64,000 nucleotides of DNA, taken from assembly GCA_020891255.1 (NCBI GenBank), contig BQFW01000013.1, forward strand, positions 62,001-126,000, in the 5' to 3' direction. This document shows, in pieces, positions 49,231 to 61,987 of the stretch (position 1 is the stretch's first letter; the number at the start of each line of letters is the position of its first letter). A model generated the notes under the pieces. It worked only from the letters and a program-made list of their open reading frames with translations, searched no databases and was not told the origin of the DNA. The translations under genes and the position numbers were made by a program. This DNA comes from Entomortierella parvispora E1425 (lineage: Eukaryota > Fungi > Mortierellomycota).

Positions 49231-52200
49231 TTAGAAAGAGTGATCGACAACTATACTATGAGGATGCTGTTGCTGCTGTTGCTGCTGCTGTTGATGTTGA
49301 TGCTGTTGCTGTTGCTGTTGCTGCTGTTGATGATGGTGTTGCTGCTGTTGTTGCACATGCTGCTGCGGGTGCTGATGCGGATGAAAATGCAGTTGCTGTT
49401 GTTGCGCGGATGAAGACGAGGAAGGCGCAGAGGACGAGGCTGGACGGAAGCCTGTCGCCGTTGCCATGCCAGATGGTAACGTATGGTGGTGTGGATGTGG
49501 ATGTGGTTGAGAGGTGTGGTGGTGTGTGTGATGATGTTGTTCTTGAGGTTGGTACTGATGATGGTGATGTGGTTGCTGTGGCTGTTGTGGCTGTTGTGAC
49601 TGAGTCGGGGGTTGTGCATGCTGCGAACCATGGTGATGGTACCCTCCTGTCGACATCATCAACATCCCAGAAGCTGTAGGATCCAATCCACCTGCAGCAG
49701 CGGCAGCAGCCGTCATGTCCAAGTGGTTCATCATCTGTGTGGCGCTCATGGCGGCTGCAAACGAAGGTGGTTGCTGCTGTGCTTGTTGGGGGGTAGGCGT
49801 GGCCCCATGGCGCGTGAAGCACTCTTCACTTAAAGACCGTTTCCGGTCGTTCATCGGTGACATGCCCAATCCCAAACCATAGCTAGAGTCAACCATGGGC
49901 GATGAAACGGAGGAAGGACGGCCCTTTTGGTTGGGCGTGTTCTTGACCGAGATGACACACCCTGGATAGGTCACCATGTAATCCGAAGATCCCAGGGGAG
50001 AAGTCGATGTGGAGGAAGGACTGAATCCCGGACTGGCCGCCGTGGGAGACGTCATATTCATCGAGGAAGTGTTATTCGTCCCTGAGCCACCGACCAACGA
50101 ACCGACGAGCCCTCCTCCTCCGCCAGCAGAGGGTGGGGGTGAAGTCAGGACACGGGAACTGGCCCCAGCAGGGTCAATTCGCAGCTGATCACAGATCTCG
50201 GACAAGACATTCTCCATGACAGAGATGACCTTGTTTGACATTGTTGGATCAGCACTGGACAAGCTGGCAACGCGCGCAGCCAAGTCCATTGTCGTAAACA
50301 CTCGACTTTCAGAGTCACGCAACTTCATCTGCTTGCGTTCTTCGGTCAGACGATTGTAGAATCGTCTCTCGTCCCAGACCAGGTCCGGGAACTCTTCCTT
50401 GATCCGCTCACGTGTCTCGGCTGTGGTCAGGTTCCGCTGATTGGCGTAATACGCGATTCGGTCAAAGACAATGGTAGGCCAGGGCTGACGGATATCGTCT
50501 GGAGAGATCAAGGGATGGTTGTGGACCATCGAGGCGGGGTTCATGGCCTTTCGGAAGATCCAGAGCTTGGTGTCTTGTTGAAAGAGAGTGATACGCCACT
50601 TGCAATCGCAGCGCATCGACAAGCGTTTCCGCTTGATCTCCTTGTTATTCTTGACAGAGTCTGGCACACCTTCCCTTGAGCAGTATAGATAGACGTTCTA
50701 TGGATGAAAAAAAGAAAAAGACAGAAAGAAAGTGAAGGACAAGAGGTGAGCGAGCGTCCATGTGGGCGTTAGTCAGCAGAAAAGCCTAAACGGACCCCCG
50801 CTCGGGCCATGGATAGAGCAGTACGCCACGATTTCCGAGCCACATCCCCGCGTGGTGGTTGCTTTTTTAGCAAACAACACACTCTCCAAAAAAGAAGAAA
50901 AAAATCGACTCTTTAGCAATGAGAGCATTGCATTTCCGTTCTGTGCGAGTCAGGAACGTGGGCCATGGTGTAAAGACACAGGGGGTGGTGCAGCAACAAA
51001 CAAAAACACCATGCACACCAGACAACCAGACAGATAGACCGATGGTCTTGCTCTCCCCTGTCTCCAAAAGTATAAAAGGATATGCACTCGCTCTCCCCTC
51101 CCCCCCTTTTTTTCCTTGTTGTTGTTGTTGGCGCCATTTTTTCCGAAGAAACATTTGTTGTGGTCACGACCCACGTCCCCCCCACCCCTCGTCCTCCTTT
51201 CTCGTTTCTCAATTCGCTTCTCTTTTTTTTCCTGTCACGATTTTGCACAAATACAATTGTCCTGGCCTGGGCTAATCTTCTGTGTGATCAATGAACCTCT
51301 ACTGCTTTTCCTCTCTCCCATCCTCTTTTTCTTTCAGCTCTTTTTTTTTTTTTCTCTCTCTCTCGCTTGATCAAAAATCCGATCGCTTGGTCAGCGAAGG
51401 CGGTGCAGCAGAGAGAGTCTCTACCCACATCACAGTACACCACAGCGCCCCAACACGTCTTATATATCATCACCCCATTGCTACGTTACCTTGTTCGAAC
51501 TGGTCTCTTGCTTGACTGTGAAACCGTGTTCCCGTGCCAGGTCGCGACACTTTGTGATAGCATCGCTCGATTGTTCAAATGACATACTCAGTAGTTGCTC
51601 ATAAAAGTCGTCCATCTAAAACAAAAGAAAAAAAAAAGTAGTGTTAATAACAGCAGCGGAACAGACCAAAAGAAAAGAAAGTCGAGAGGGCAAATCATGG
51701 ATGGACCTCTGTGAACATTGACAGTGAAAGAAAATCAGAAAGAAACAAAAAGAGAATTGGCACGGTAAGATGGGGTGGCTGTGTGTCAAAGAGTGATGGA
51801 CAGGGATGAAATAATAAAGTGACGACGAGTAAAGAAAAAGAAAGAAAGAAAAGAGAAGAGGCGGTTGTGAAAAATCTGCAATGGTGATATGGATGTGAGA
51901 AAAGAGCTGAAGAAAAGGGCGAAAAGGCAGGAAAGCAAATTCAGAAGGATAAAGAGGAGGGAGGCCAGCAAGAGTGAACGGAAAAGCGAAGGAAAAGAGG
52001 TAATGGACTGTTCGTCCTTGAAAGCGCGGGATGGGACAAGAAATGGAAGAAGTGCGTGGACGGCAGGACAAGGGGAACAAAGAGCGGGATGAAGATTGGC
52101 TGCAGTGTCCACTCTTGAAGATCGGGTATTGTTTTTTGTTTGCTGACGATACTGCTGTTCCTGCTTGATTGTAATGGTTTGAATGGAGTACAAAGGAAAC

Positions 52201-54343
52201 GGTAGAGTGCACAACTGCGTCCGTGTCGTATTTAAATCAAAAGAAAAAAAAGAAAAAAAAAAGTAGAAAACGCACGGCCATGAAAGAGTAGTAAAATGAG
52301 GGAAAGAAAAAACACAATTGAAGAAAGGCAAAGGAGAGAAGAAAAAGAAAGAAGTGGAAACAAAGCTGACAGGGACAACAGAACTACAGACACGGTAAAA
52401 GTAAGGGTGTGGATTTGAAGTGGTGACGAACAGTCTGGGGAGAGAGAAAAAGACAAAGAAAATGACGAAAGGGGTGCCGATGACGAAGGTGGAGAATGGG
52501 ACGTGAGCACCAATTGAGCGAGCGGGGCAGAGGCAGAGGGAGAAAGAAGGTGATCACGAAGGAGGACGGAAGGGGGCGGCCACGCAGCACAGGGGAGATA
52601 TATGTCCGAGGGAGGGGAGACGAGACACTGAATAAATAAAGACAACAAAAAAGTATTCAAGGTACCAAATACCCAGAAAAAGTCCTTCCCGCGCTCATGA
52701 TCGAGATCACTCTTTCTCGAGCGCGATCCTTTTTGTCCTCTCGTTTCGTTGCCCCTGGATTTCTTTCCTCCCTCCCTTGCCCTCTCTCCTCACCCCTCCC
52801 ACTCTCTCCCTCCCATGCCTCTCACTCACGTTTCAATTGCTTACCCCAGGACTCTTTACCCTCTCCTCTCTCCCCTTCTCTTTCCGATGTGTCCCGTCCC
52901 TGACATGAGCAAAAAGGGTCCGAATGACGCTGTAGATTCGCAAGGGGCATGCCACGATCGACCACCTGGGGAGGATCAGAATTGAGATCTTGCTGGTGGC
53001 AACCATCACTCTCTCCTTCTTTCTCTCTCTCTCTCGCTTTCTCTCTCAGTGCTGTCAACAACAACTCAGCAGTCGTTCTCACTCTTGCTCACTTTGTCCA
53101 TTTTTTTTAGATTCTTCCCGCGCACCCAGCCCAGTTCTCTTCATCTATGCAAGCTGCAAAGACAAATGTACCGGTGCTACTGGTGCAACCAAACAAACAA
53201 ATAGATAGGACAGAGCGTCTCCCCATTGACCCATCGCTGGAAATGAAAAAAGGGTAAAAGGCAAATCAGCCATCTTGCATGAATAGAGAACAACGGAAGC
53301 CCTGTCCCTTCCCTCCGTTTCCCTTGTGATGACCTCTTATTTTTTGCGCCCTGTGTCCAGTTCAGTTCAGGGGTGGAAATTGTTACGAGCCATACAGGCT
53401 GGAGAGAGTGAGAGAGAGAGCCGCGCAACCCAAGACATGACATAAAACGATATCCTTTTGAGGAATTCATCACAAACCCCGAGACTGCAGCTCAAGCTCC
53501 TTCAAGTACCCTGCGCAGGGTCCATGTCCCCTGGTTACTAACCAAAGAAACAAAGTCATTGTTGAAAAAAAAAAGTAAAATAACCCGCCAAAAAAAAAAA
53601 AAAGCGCGCGCGCGCGCTCAGTCGAGTCCTCGACTTGACTCGACTCCTGCCCCACGCTCTCTGTTTTTAATGTTACTGCCCATCCCTCACACAAACACAG
53701 ACAAGACATACACTCACACACACACACGGTCCACCCTCTGGATGTCACCACCCCTTTGTTTTTTTTCTGTTCGTTTTCCCGCCCTTCTGGCCTGGTCATG
53801 TATGTCGACTCCAAAAGGGTAAAATAGAAAAGCAGCCAAAAGAGAACAAAATGAAAACAATCACCCGCACATGCATTAAAGAGTACCGTTCAAACCTTGA
53901 ACAAAAAGAAACGAAAGGGGGGGATGTGTGGGGAAAACGGAAAAGTCAAACTTTTTTCCAGTCCCTTGGTTTCTTGGGCCTACCTTTTCAAACGTCATGG
54001 TTCCAGAGCCCAGGTCGTGGTCCGCGGCCAACGCTGTATGTGGGGAGGGATGGGATGCAGTAGTAGAGGGTATTGAAGGAGAGGGCAGTAATGAAAATGC
54101 AAATTGAGGTGGAACAGTCGACGACAACGACCCCATCATCAACGGAAAAGACATGGATGCGTCAGTGCCACCAACTGAGAGCAGGGGCTGCCTTTGATCT
54201 GGACGAGAAAAAGCTATCATACCTGAGGACGTAGATGACGACGAAGACGAAGACGGACCTCGGGCCATCAGCATGGCTGCCTGACGCTGTTGTTGTTGTT
54301 GTTGTTGTTGTTGTCTTTGTTGCTGCTGTTGTTGCTGCTGTTG

Positions 54344-54378
<35 letters not shown>

Positions 54379-55135
54379 GCTGCTGTTGTTGCTGTTGCTG
54401 TTGCTGGGGTGTCGTATAGAGCGTCCCAGTCTGATCATAAAAATACTGATCGTGCGTGAGCAATCCTGGCGACTGGCTGGAAAAGAGACCGTGGTTATTC
54501 ATTTGCAAAGGGGGCGGCGGGACTCTGCTGTAGCTGGAGATGTTTTGTGTCTTGATCGGGACCATGTCTCCCGTCATCAACTCGCTCAGATGTGCAAGGC
54601 CGTAGGGTTGGTGCTGGGAGAGCCCAGTTGCGATGTTGGACAAGGACGACACGTTGCTCTGTGCACCGCTCTGAAGTTGCATCTGAAGAAGTTGCCGAGA
54701 AGCTTGTTGCTGTTGTTGTTGCTGCTGTTGGTGAGCTTGCTGCTGTGAGGGTGTGGGTGTGATGGAAGGAGGGGGAACGGGTGGCAATTGTGAACTTTGG
54801 TTGGTCGTATTTGCGAGAGTGGAGGTCAGGTTGAGAGAGGATGAGGTGCGAGCAAGGATAGAAGGTTGCTGTTGCTGTTGCCGACTGTTTAAAGAGGATT
54901 GGAAGGCAGTGTGCGATGGGGGTGCCTGGAAGGACTGCTGCTGTGTGTGTTGCATTGTTTGCTCGTCTGCCTGGGCCTGGACACTCAGACTCAGACTTAC
55001 TCCTCCAAAGGGTGACAGGGGCTCGGTCTTGAGCTCTGCTGTGGAGCCTTCAAAGTCGTCCCAGGACTCGACGGCAGCCGAGGGAGAGGACGAGTCGTGA
55101 GTGAGGCCAGAGTCCTGGAAAGAGATGGATGCCAT
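49231..55135 (-). CDS. PolyQ transcription factor with FAR1-like (WRKY/GCM1-fold, Mutator-derived) DNA-binding domain, ~914 aa
   Basis: Exons 55135-53984, 51615-51490, 50697-49231, all phase 0. Spliced domain FEQSSDAITKCRDLAREHGFTVKQETSSNKNVYLYCSREG...RLSMRCDCKWRI...HNHPL. Intron 2 has a GCTGACTAAC branch site. The exon 1-2 junction is inferred from the GTAGGC donor and the TTTTAG acceptor. Confidence 0.75.
54288..54408 (-). repeat. Mixed CAG/CAA polyglutamine tract (~40 codons)
   Basis: Direct reading in exon 1 of the FAR1-like TF. Confidence 0.9.
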
Positions 55136-55233
55136 TAGGTAGATGTGATTTTCGATGGGTAAGTCCGATGTTGACGTCGATTGCTGTTGGATAGTACGAA
55201 TTAACTGAGGTTGGGCCGGACAGGTGTATGTGC

Positions 55234-55327
55234 TGTGTGTGTGTTGTAAATGTTGTTTGTTGTACGGGTGTTGTATGTGTTGTGTGTGTGTTGTATATGT
55301 TGTTTGTTGTATGGGTGTTGTGTGTGT
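55234..55327. repeat. Imperfect 47-bp tandem duplication, TG-rich (CA-rich on the minus strand)
   Basis: Units begin at 55234 and 55281 and differ by a few substitutions. Confidence 0.8.
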
Positions 55328-58300
55328 GTGTGTACGAGTGGGTGGTGGTAATACAAAGCAAAGAAAGAGAGAAGGAAGGAGAAGAGAGTCGGCCGATCGA
55401 TGCGTTTGCGCTGAAATGAAAGGAAAGAGAGAAAAAAAAGGGTTAACAACGTCAAGTGGATCGACTTGCATGGATGCTTATTTTACTTGGGCAACTGATG
55501 CACCCTGTCCCTTGTGCCCACACTTGTTTCCATTGACCCCCCCATGGAAATGTATCCGGGAAAACAGTGAAGGAAGGAAACAAAATACTCTCGCCCTGAC
55601 TTCATCATGATCCCCAGTGGAAAAGAGAGAACATGGAGGGATGGGTGGCGAGTCCAGACTTTGAGAGCCATCTCAACGCGGAGGACTCGTGAACGTGCCT
55701 TGTTGTCTTCGACGACTGCTCAGGGACAGTATCGACGCAAGAGCAGAGACAGACTGGAGCATGTTTGCCAGACACATACACACACCACGGAGTCAAATTC
55801 TCTTATCAAACACAAAAGGGAGAGTTGTCCACTGTACGAGGAATGAAGAAAGAGGTAGACAAGTCATCTCGGAGAGAAGACTTCAAAGAGGGCATGTGAT
55901 TGTGCATGGGGGAGGGTGGAGGAAAGCCACTGAACTCAATGTGAAGTAAACTGTCAAAGACTGGCGTGATCGACAACAGAAGGGTGGGTGGTCAATGCAC
56001 GCAAGAAAGATAGGTGGTGGCACAGAGCGCACAAAAAGGCTGAGCAGGTATAAAAAGAATTGAAGAGTGGCGTACCCGAGATCTCGGCGTAGGGATCTGC
56101 GAGAAGCGAGCGGTCTCTTGTCGTTATTATTACAGACGATGCCGCCGCTGCGTGGTGGTGGTAGTGGTGGTGGTGGTGGTGGTGGTGGTGAATAATGATG
56201 GGACAGGAAAAAAAAAAAAGGCAGAGGATGGACAAGTATACAAAATGTAAGGTGGAGAAGGAACCAAATGAAAAGCGTGGCAAGCCAAGAAGCGGCAGGC
56301 GGCAGTTGAGACCAAATCTCTGAAAGAAAAAGACGCAAGAGCAGAAAGGTAGCGTGCGCGTGTATGAGGGCAACCGTGCGTGCGTGCTTTCAAAGAAAGG
56401 ATTGATGAGAGCTGCGATTGGAGAGGATGTGACCAAGAGAAAAAGTCAAGGAAAAGGAGTGGGTCCAGGTGCATCCTACTCGGGCCTCTTTGTACATCTA
56501 CCCGCCAAACACACACACAATGAGCTGCAGAGAGCAATAGTAGATACACGGACAGAAAGAATAATGAATAAGGAAATGTTCTGAGGGAGCCAGGTCCCTG
56601 TCATGGCGGCCATGACAGCTGCAGCAGCACTTTTTAAAAAAAAGGGCGCGAGTAAGTGAGCCTTCGAGGGGAGAAGCAGAGAGACAACAAGGAGGAATAA
56701 GACCAAAGAACCCGGTCGATTGAACCCAGAGACAGGACAAAGGGGAGCCATAAGCGGCCATCACCAACCCAGCGCGTTTGCCAGTTGGAAAGCCCTTGCA
56801 AAAAAAAAAAAAAAAAAAAAAAAAAAAGATCGAGAGCCGATCAGGAGTGATGATGATGATGCTGCTGGCAGCTGGTTCGGATCCAGACAGTGAAGAAGAC
56901 GACCTCTCAAGGGAGAGCTTCAGAGAACTGAGAGAGTGCAAAATGCCATCTTGAGAGCAGGGTGGTGCAGAGTGGGTGCCGCCGCGGCAGTAACGCTGCT
57001 CAGTACAGAGGCAGGGACCCGACACTCAATAAGACGCCTTGCAGCAGGCGCACTTCAATGGCGTCTCTCAAGCTCTCAAAGGAGTCGCCAGAGACAGCAT
57101 CGTGTTTGAAGTTTGGGCAGCAAAAAGCACTCTGCACTGAGGCCACCCATGACGCGAGAGAGCAGGGAAGACAGGCGCGATGTTTGTTTGTTTGTTTGTT
57201 GTGATGTTGCATATCAGAGGCTGGGTGTAAAAGGAGTAGACGGGAAGAACCCACGCACCAACCCAACGACAACGATTGAAAGGAAAAGGAGTCAAAGAGA
57301 AGGGGGGGGGGGGGGATGTAAAGGGTTCACTTGTCTCGTCGTGTTCTCAACCAAACAGGTCCCCAGGCCAAACTGGGGTCATGTCATTTCAAGGCGGATC
57401 AAGGAGCAGGAGAGACGGAGGGAGCAAGGGGTAGACTCTGAGGCCAATGGAGAGAGAAAGAGAGAGAGAGGAAATGATAGAACATAGGACGGATGGTGAT
57501 CCAGGTTTGAGAATACCCTGCTGCAGTGCATCGCGTGCGGTCGCAAGTGCTACAGTATGCAGGGAAGCAAGGGCTGAGAGCCAAGAAGGAGACAAGGAGA
57601 GGGTGAAGGGAATGTCGGAGGGAATGCTCAACAAAAACAGAACGCCATGTCCGGCTTGTTGCATGGTATGGTGTGCTACATCCACTGCAGTGTGCTTGCA
57701 CGCGAACATGCTTTGAAGGAAACAGAAAAGCGCGGGTAGAGAATCTAACAGGTGCATGCAGGGAAACAACAAGAACCTCCCAAGGGCCAAGGCCAGTGCA
57801 CTGGGATGACGTGCCGACAACAGTCTCATCAGCATGCAGCGTTGCCCTGCCCTGTGTGCAACCACACCGACTCCACCCCCTCCCCCACACCTGAGCACGT
57901 TGTAAAACACCCATGTCCATCCACCCGCTCGCCAGTCCATGATTTCTCACCCTTTTGGATTCTTTACTTACATGCCGAACCTTGAGGAAAACACAGACAG
58001 GTTGTAAAGAGTCACACAAAAGCTTAGACCTCAATGTGTGAGTGGATGTGGCAAGCTGATCTGGAATATCGCAGATGGATAAAAGTAAGAGGTTGGCAGA
58101 GATGAAGAGATGACTTAAAAGAGTCAGCAAAGACAGTTGGCCGTTTGGTGTAAAGTAGCAGAGTAGAAGAAAAGAAGAGGAAGAAGAACGGACCTTTCAA
58201 AGAGACGAGTTTAAGATGGATAAAACAGAAGGCTGGGCACACGGAGGTAAAAAGGAATGGTGGACAAAGATGGCAAATGCCCACTGCGTTGGTGGATTGG

Positions 58301-60054
58301 ATGGGGAAATATAAGTGGAGGGATAAAAGCTCTGCCTCCTGTCCAAAGAAATCAAGAAGCAAGTAAAGGCTGAGTGTGGAGGGAGGGTGGGAGGGTGGAA
58401 GGAAGGAAAGGAAGGAAAAGAGCAGAGTCAAGAGGAGTGAACAAAGAGAGAGCAGCGAATAGCGAGGGATGGTACAAAGGGAAGGGACAAACACAGGGAC
58501 AGGGGGCGATGGGAGAAGCAAAGACCGAGTGAGTGCGTCTCTCCCACTGCTGTCCGACAGGCACCCATCTTCCTCCACGCACCACCCATGCTTATTTCAT
58601 TTGCAGGTCCCAACATTCGCCGTGCGATTTGCAAACACCGTTGCATTGGCAGAACAACAATCGATACGTCTTATTGCTCGTGTTTTCCCTTGCAAATCAT
58701 TTGCATTGGGATCAGCACCATCGCCGCTGCGCTCGTCCAGTCATATCCAATGCAAGATGATTTTTCATCACCCCCAAATCCTATGCAGGAACGTGGTTCC
58801 TGCTCTGAGCATGTCGTTCAAGCAGCACGCAGCAAAGGAGCTCAACTGTCCTCTCGTGGACGGCTCTGACAGCGTACAGAGAGGTTTGATCTGTAATCTT
58901 TTTCAAGAGCAGCCGAACACAGGCGTACACTCGGCCGCGATCAAAGACATCAAGAGAAGGCCTTTTATTTTATTTTTTTACCCCGCAACTCGCAACCTGC
59001 CTTTTTGGTGCATTCTAAATCTCATGATCATCTTTGAGCCGAAGGATTGGAGCCGACAAGGACGACGAGAAAGCAGGGACGGGGTGCACGTTGGGTACCA
59101 AGAAACCGGCCATTGTACCTCTTGGTTTCATGGCGATCTGATCTCTAAAACCAAGCCGAGCCACTCAGGATCAGGCTGAGGTCAGGTCAAACCACCGTTC
59201 TTTACTCTACTTCACCACGGCCATTTCCTATAGCCGGCAGACACAGAAACAAAAAACAAAGAGAAAGCAGGTATGGGATGGCTCAGACAGTCAATCAACA
59301 GGTTGACCGCAGGTGGCCGCCCAACACTAAAGCTATTTTGCGTTCACTCTCAGGTCCTTGTATACGAGAAATTCGTGAGGTTGGGAAGGATTACTCGAGC
59401 CATTGTAACACTTCTTTTTTCGCCTTCTTCTTGGAGAGCCAGCTCAGTTCTGGAACGAGAAGACGCCGGGTGGTTGTGGGAGAACCATCACTTGTTCTTG
59501 CAGGTTCTACTGCTCTGCCCTGCTACAAGAAAGGTCTTACGAATGCAGGTACGTAAAATCGTGGATCTGACCAGGCTGCGTGATCAGTTCCTCCTATTAC
59601 AACCCCAAAGGATTCAAGGGCCCCCATGAACTGCTAAATAATGAAGAGGGGTGTGGGTGATGAGGACAGGATAAAGACCTTTCTTTGCCCTTCCTCCCAG
59701 GCAGTAAATTCCTCCGAGAGACGAAACCGCAGCTCTTCCTCTCTCTCACTCTTACTTCCATCTGTCCCCTTCTCCTTCCATCCCAAAACCCCACCCCCTT
59801 GCCATCACGTCGCTCGTGTCCAACCTCCTTTCCCGATACTCCGGCCGAAAAAAAGGGCGGGAAACATGTTTTGGCGACACCTACAGAGATCAAAAAACCC
59901 GAAAAAACCTATGATCATGTGACAGAATTTTAAATTGGTGGCGTGCATTACGTCAAGGTACGGGTTTGACAATGCAGATACAACGTTTTTAGACTCTTCT
60001 TGTCCTCACATGGCATTGCTCGTTCTCTTCCAATCAGTTCAACCCAACATCGCC

Positions 60055-61812
60055 ATGTCCGACACCGTCGCTTCGACCTTCATTAACGCTGCCTCAGGCC
60101 CTCTTGGAGGCGCCGAGATTCTCCAGGGAGCCAGCGACACCGACCGCAGGGAGGTACATACTTCGATTCATAACTCTTGGTCTCGTTTTCATGGTGCGAG
60201 CTGATCAGCGGCGCGAAATCAGAGAGTTTGAGGGCATGCCATATCGACCAGAATGAAAAGAACCTTCTGTCACCGGAACAAAAGAGAGATGCACCTGGGT
60301 TTTAATAACGGGAGTTATTCGGCGACAGCAACTTCCAGAGACCATAGGTCCGCCTTATCACCATTGCGTTCGCGTACTGATGCTATTTTACCTGATACTA
60401 TTTTACCTTTATTACTTGTAGGTCAAGGAGTGGATCGAGCGCTTCGAGAAGGATCCCAGCATTCTTGCCAAGGTACAGCCATGTTCTGGAAGAAAAGGAA
60501 TAATTGGATAGTGTAATAATTGGATAGTGAAGAAGCGGGAGAGATCGAATCACAATGTGTCAAGACACCTACAGATGCGTTGGAAGGAGGAAGTCTTGAC
60601 AATGGAGGCGTAGCATGGATCAATTGAATGAGTCAATATCACAGGGGACCTATGACATAATGTTTCTCTAACTCGGTCGTCTCTTTTCCGCCCTGTTTTA
60701 ACTCAATGGATTCCAGTCCTTGAACGAGCACTTGGAGACCCGCACCTACATTGTCGGCCACCACATCACCAATGCCGATCTCTGGTCCTTTGCCAAGGTC
60801 CACGAGCAGCTCGTATGTTTTTCATCTCTATGAAATGAAGCCGGTTGGAGAGTCTTTCAAGTTTCCAGCTCATTCTAACAACATAATTGTCCTTGTTTCC
60901 CTTTTCAAGACCACCATGTCCCGCGACGGACAGTTGAAGCGTGCTCACTTGACTCGTTGGTTCGATTTGATCCAGGACCAGGCTGGTGCTCTCGGACACT
61001 TTGTCCCCGTTGACATTGATTTGGAGGCTCCTGAGTTGAAGCTCGCCACCAAGGAGAAGGCTGCTGCTCCCGCTGCTGCCGGTGCTGATGACAAGAAGGC
61101 CAAGAAGGCCAACAAGAAGGAGGCCAAGGCCGAGGAGAAGAAGGCCAAGAAGGAGGCTAACAAGGAGGCTTCTGCCGCTGCTGCTGCCCCTGTTGCCGAG
61201 GTTGCCGCCCCCGCTGCTGCCGCCCCCGCTTTCAACACCCAGAAGAAGGAGAAGAAGGTCAAGGCTCCCAAGGCTCCCGCTGTCCCTGCTGGACCCGCTA
61301 CTCCCCAGCCTTGGCAGATTGATTTGCGCGTCGGAAAGATTCTCAAGGTCGAGAAGCACCCCGATGCGGATTCCTTGTACGTGGAGACTGTGGATGTGGG
61401 TGAGGCTGAGCCCAGAACCGTTGTCTCTGGATTGGTCAAGCATATCCCTATTGAGGAGATGGAGAACCGTTGGTTGGTCTGTGTCTGCAATTTGAAGCCC
61501 GCTACCATGCGTGGTGTGAAGTCATTTGCCATGGTGTTGGCCGCAACGGATGACTCTGGAAAGCTCGAGTTGGTTGAGCCCCCCAAGGGATCTAAGCCCG
61601 GTGACAAGTGCTATTTCGGAAACTGGAAGGAGGAGAAGCCAGAGGAGGTCATGAACCCCAAGAAGAAGATCTGGGAGACCATCCAGCCTGGTTTGCATAC
61701 CACCCCCGAGTGCCGCGCTGCCTGGAAGTCGGACGAGGGCGAGATTCACGTCTTGCAGTCTGAGCACGGTGACTGCACCGTGCCCTCAGTGGTCGGCGCC
61801 AAGATCAAGTAG
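60055..61812 (+). CDS. ARC1: Aminoacyl-tRNA synthetase cofactor Arc1 (GST-C-like domain + Lys/Ala linker + EMAPII-like tRNA-binding domain), 382 aa
   Basis: Exons 60055-60153, 60422-60472, 60717-60812, 60910-61812, all phase 0. LNEHLETRTYIVGHHITNADL, HLTRWFDLIQ, IDLRVGKILKVEKHPDADSLYVE, RTVVSGLVKHIP, NLKPATMRGVKSFAMVL. Confidence 0.95.
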
Positions 61813-61987
61813 AGGTGAAACGAAAAGAAAAAGAACAGGGAACTAGCAAAAAAATATATCAATCAATATTCTTACAACAGCATGCCAACAAAAAAAAAAA
61901 AAAAAAAAAAAACACGACTCGTGTAGGAAGACTTCGTGTTTGAGAGCAAGCTGGGCGGCGGCTTCTGTTTTAATGGTTCAAGGTATT

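Noticed and set aside
51074-51083. ATATCCTTTT (U12-type 5' splice consensus) on the sense strand inside TF intron 2; another on plus at ~53448
   Set aside because: No matching TCCTTAAC branch site or AC terminus, and neither lies at an exon boundary. All reconstructed introns fit U2-type signals.
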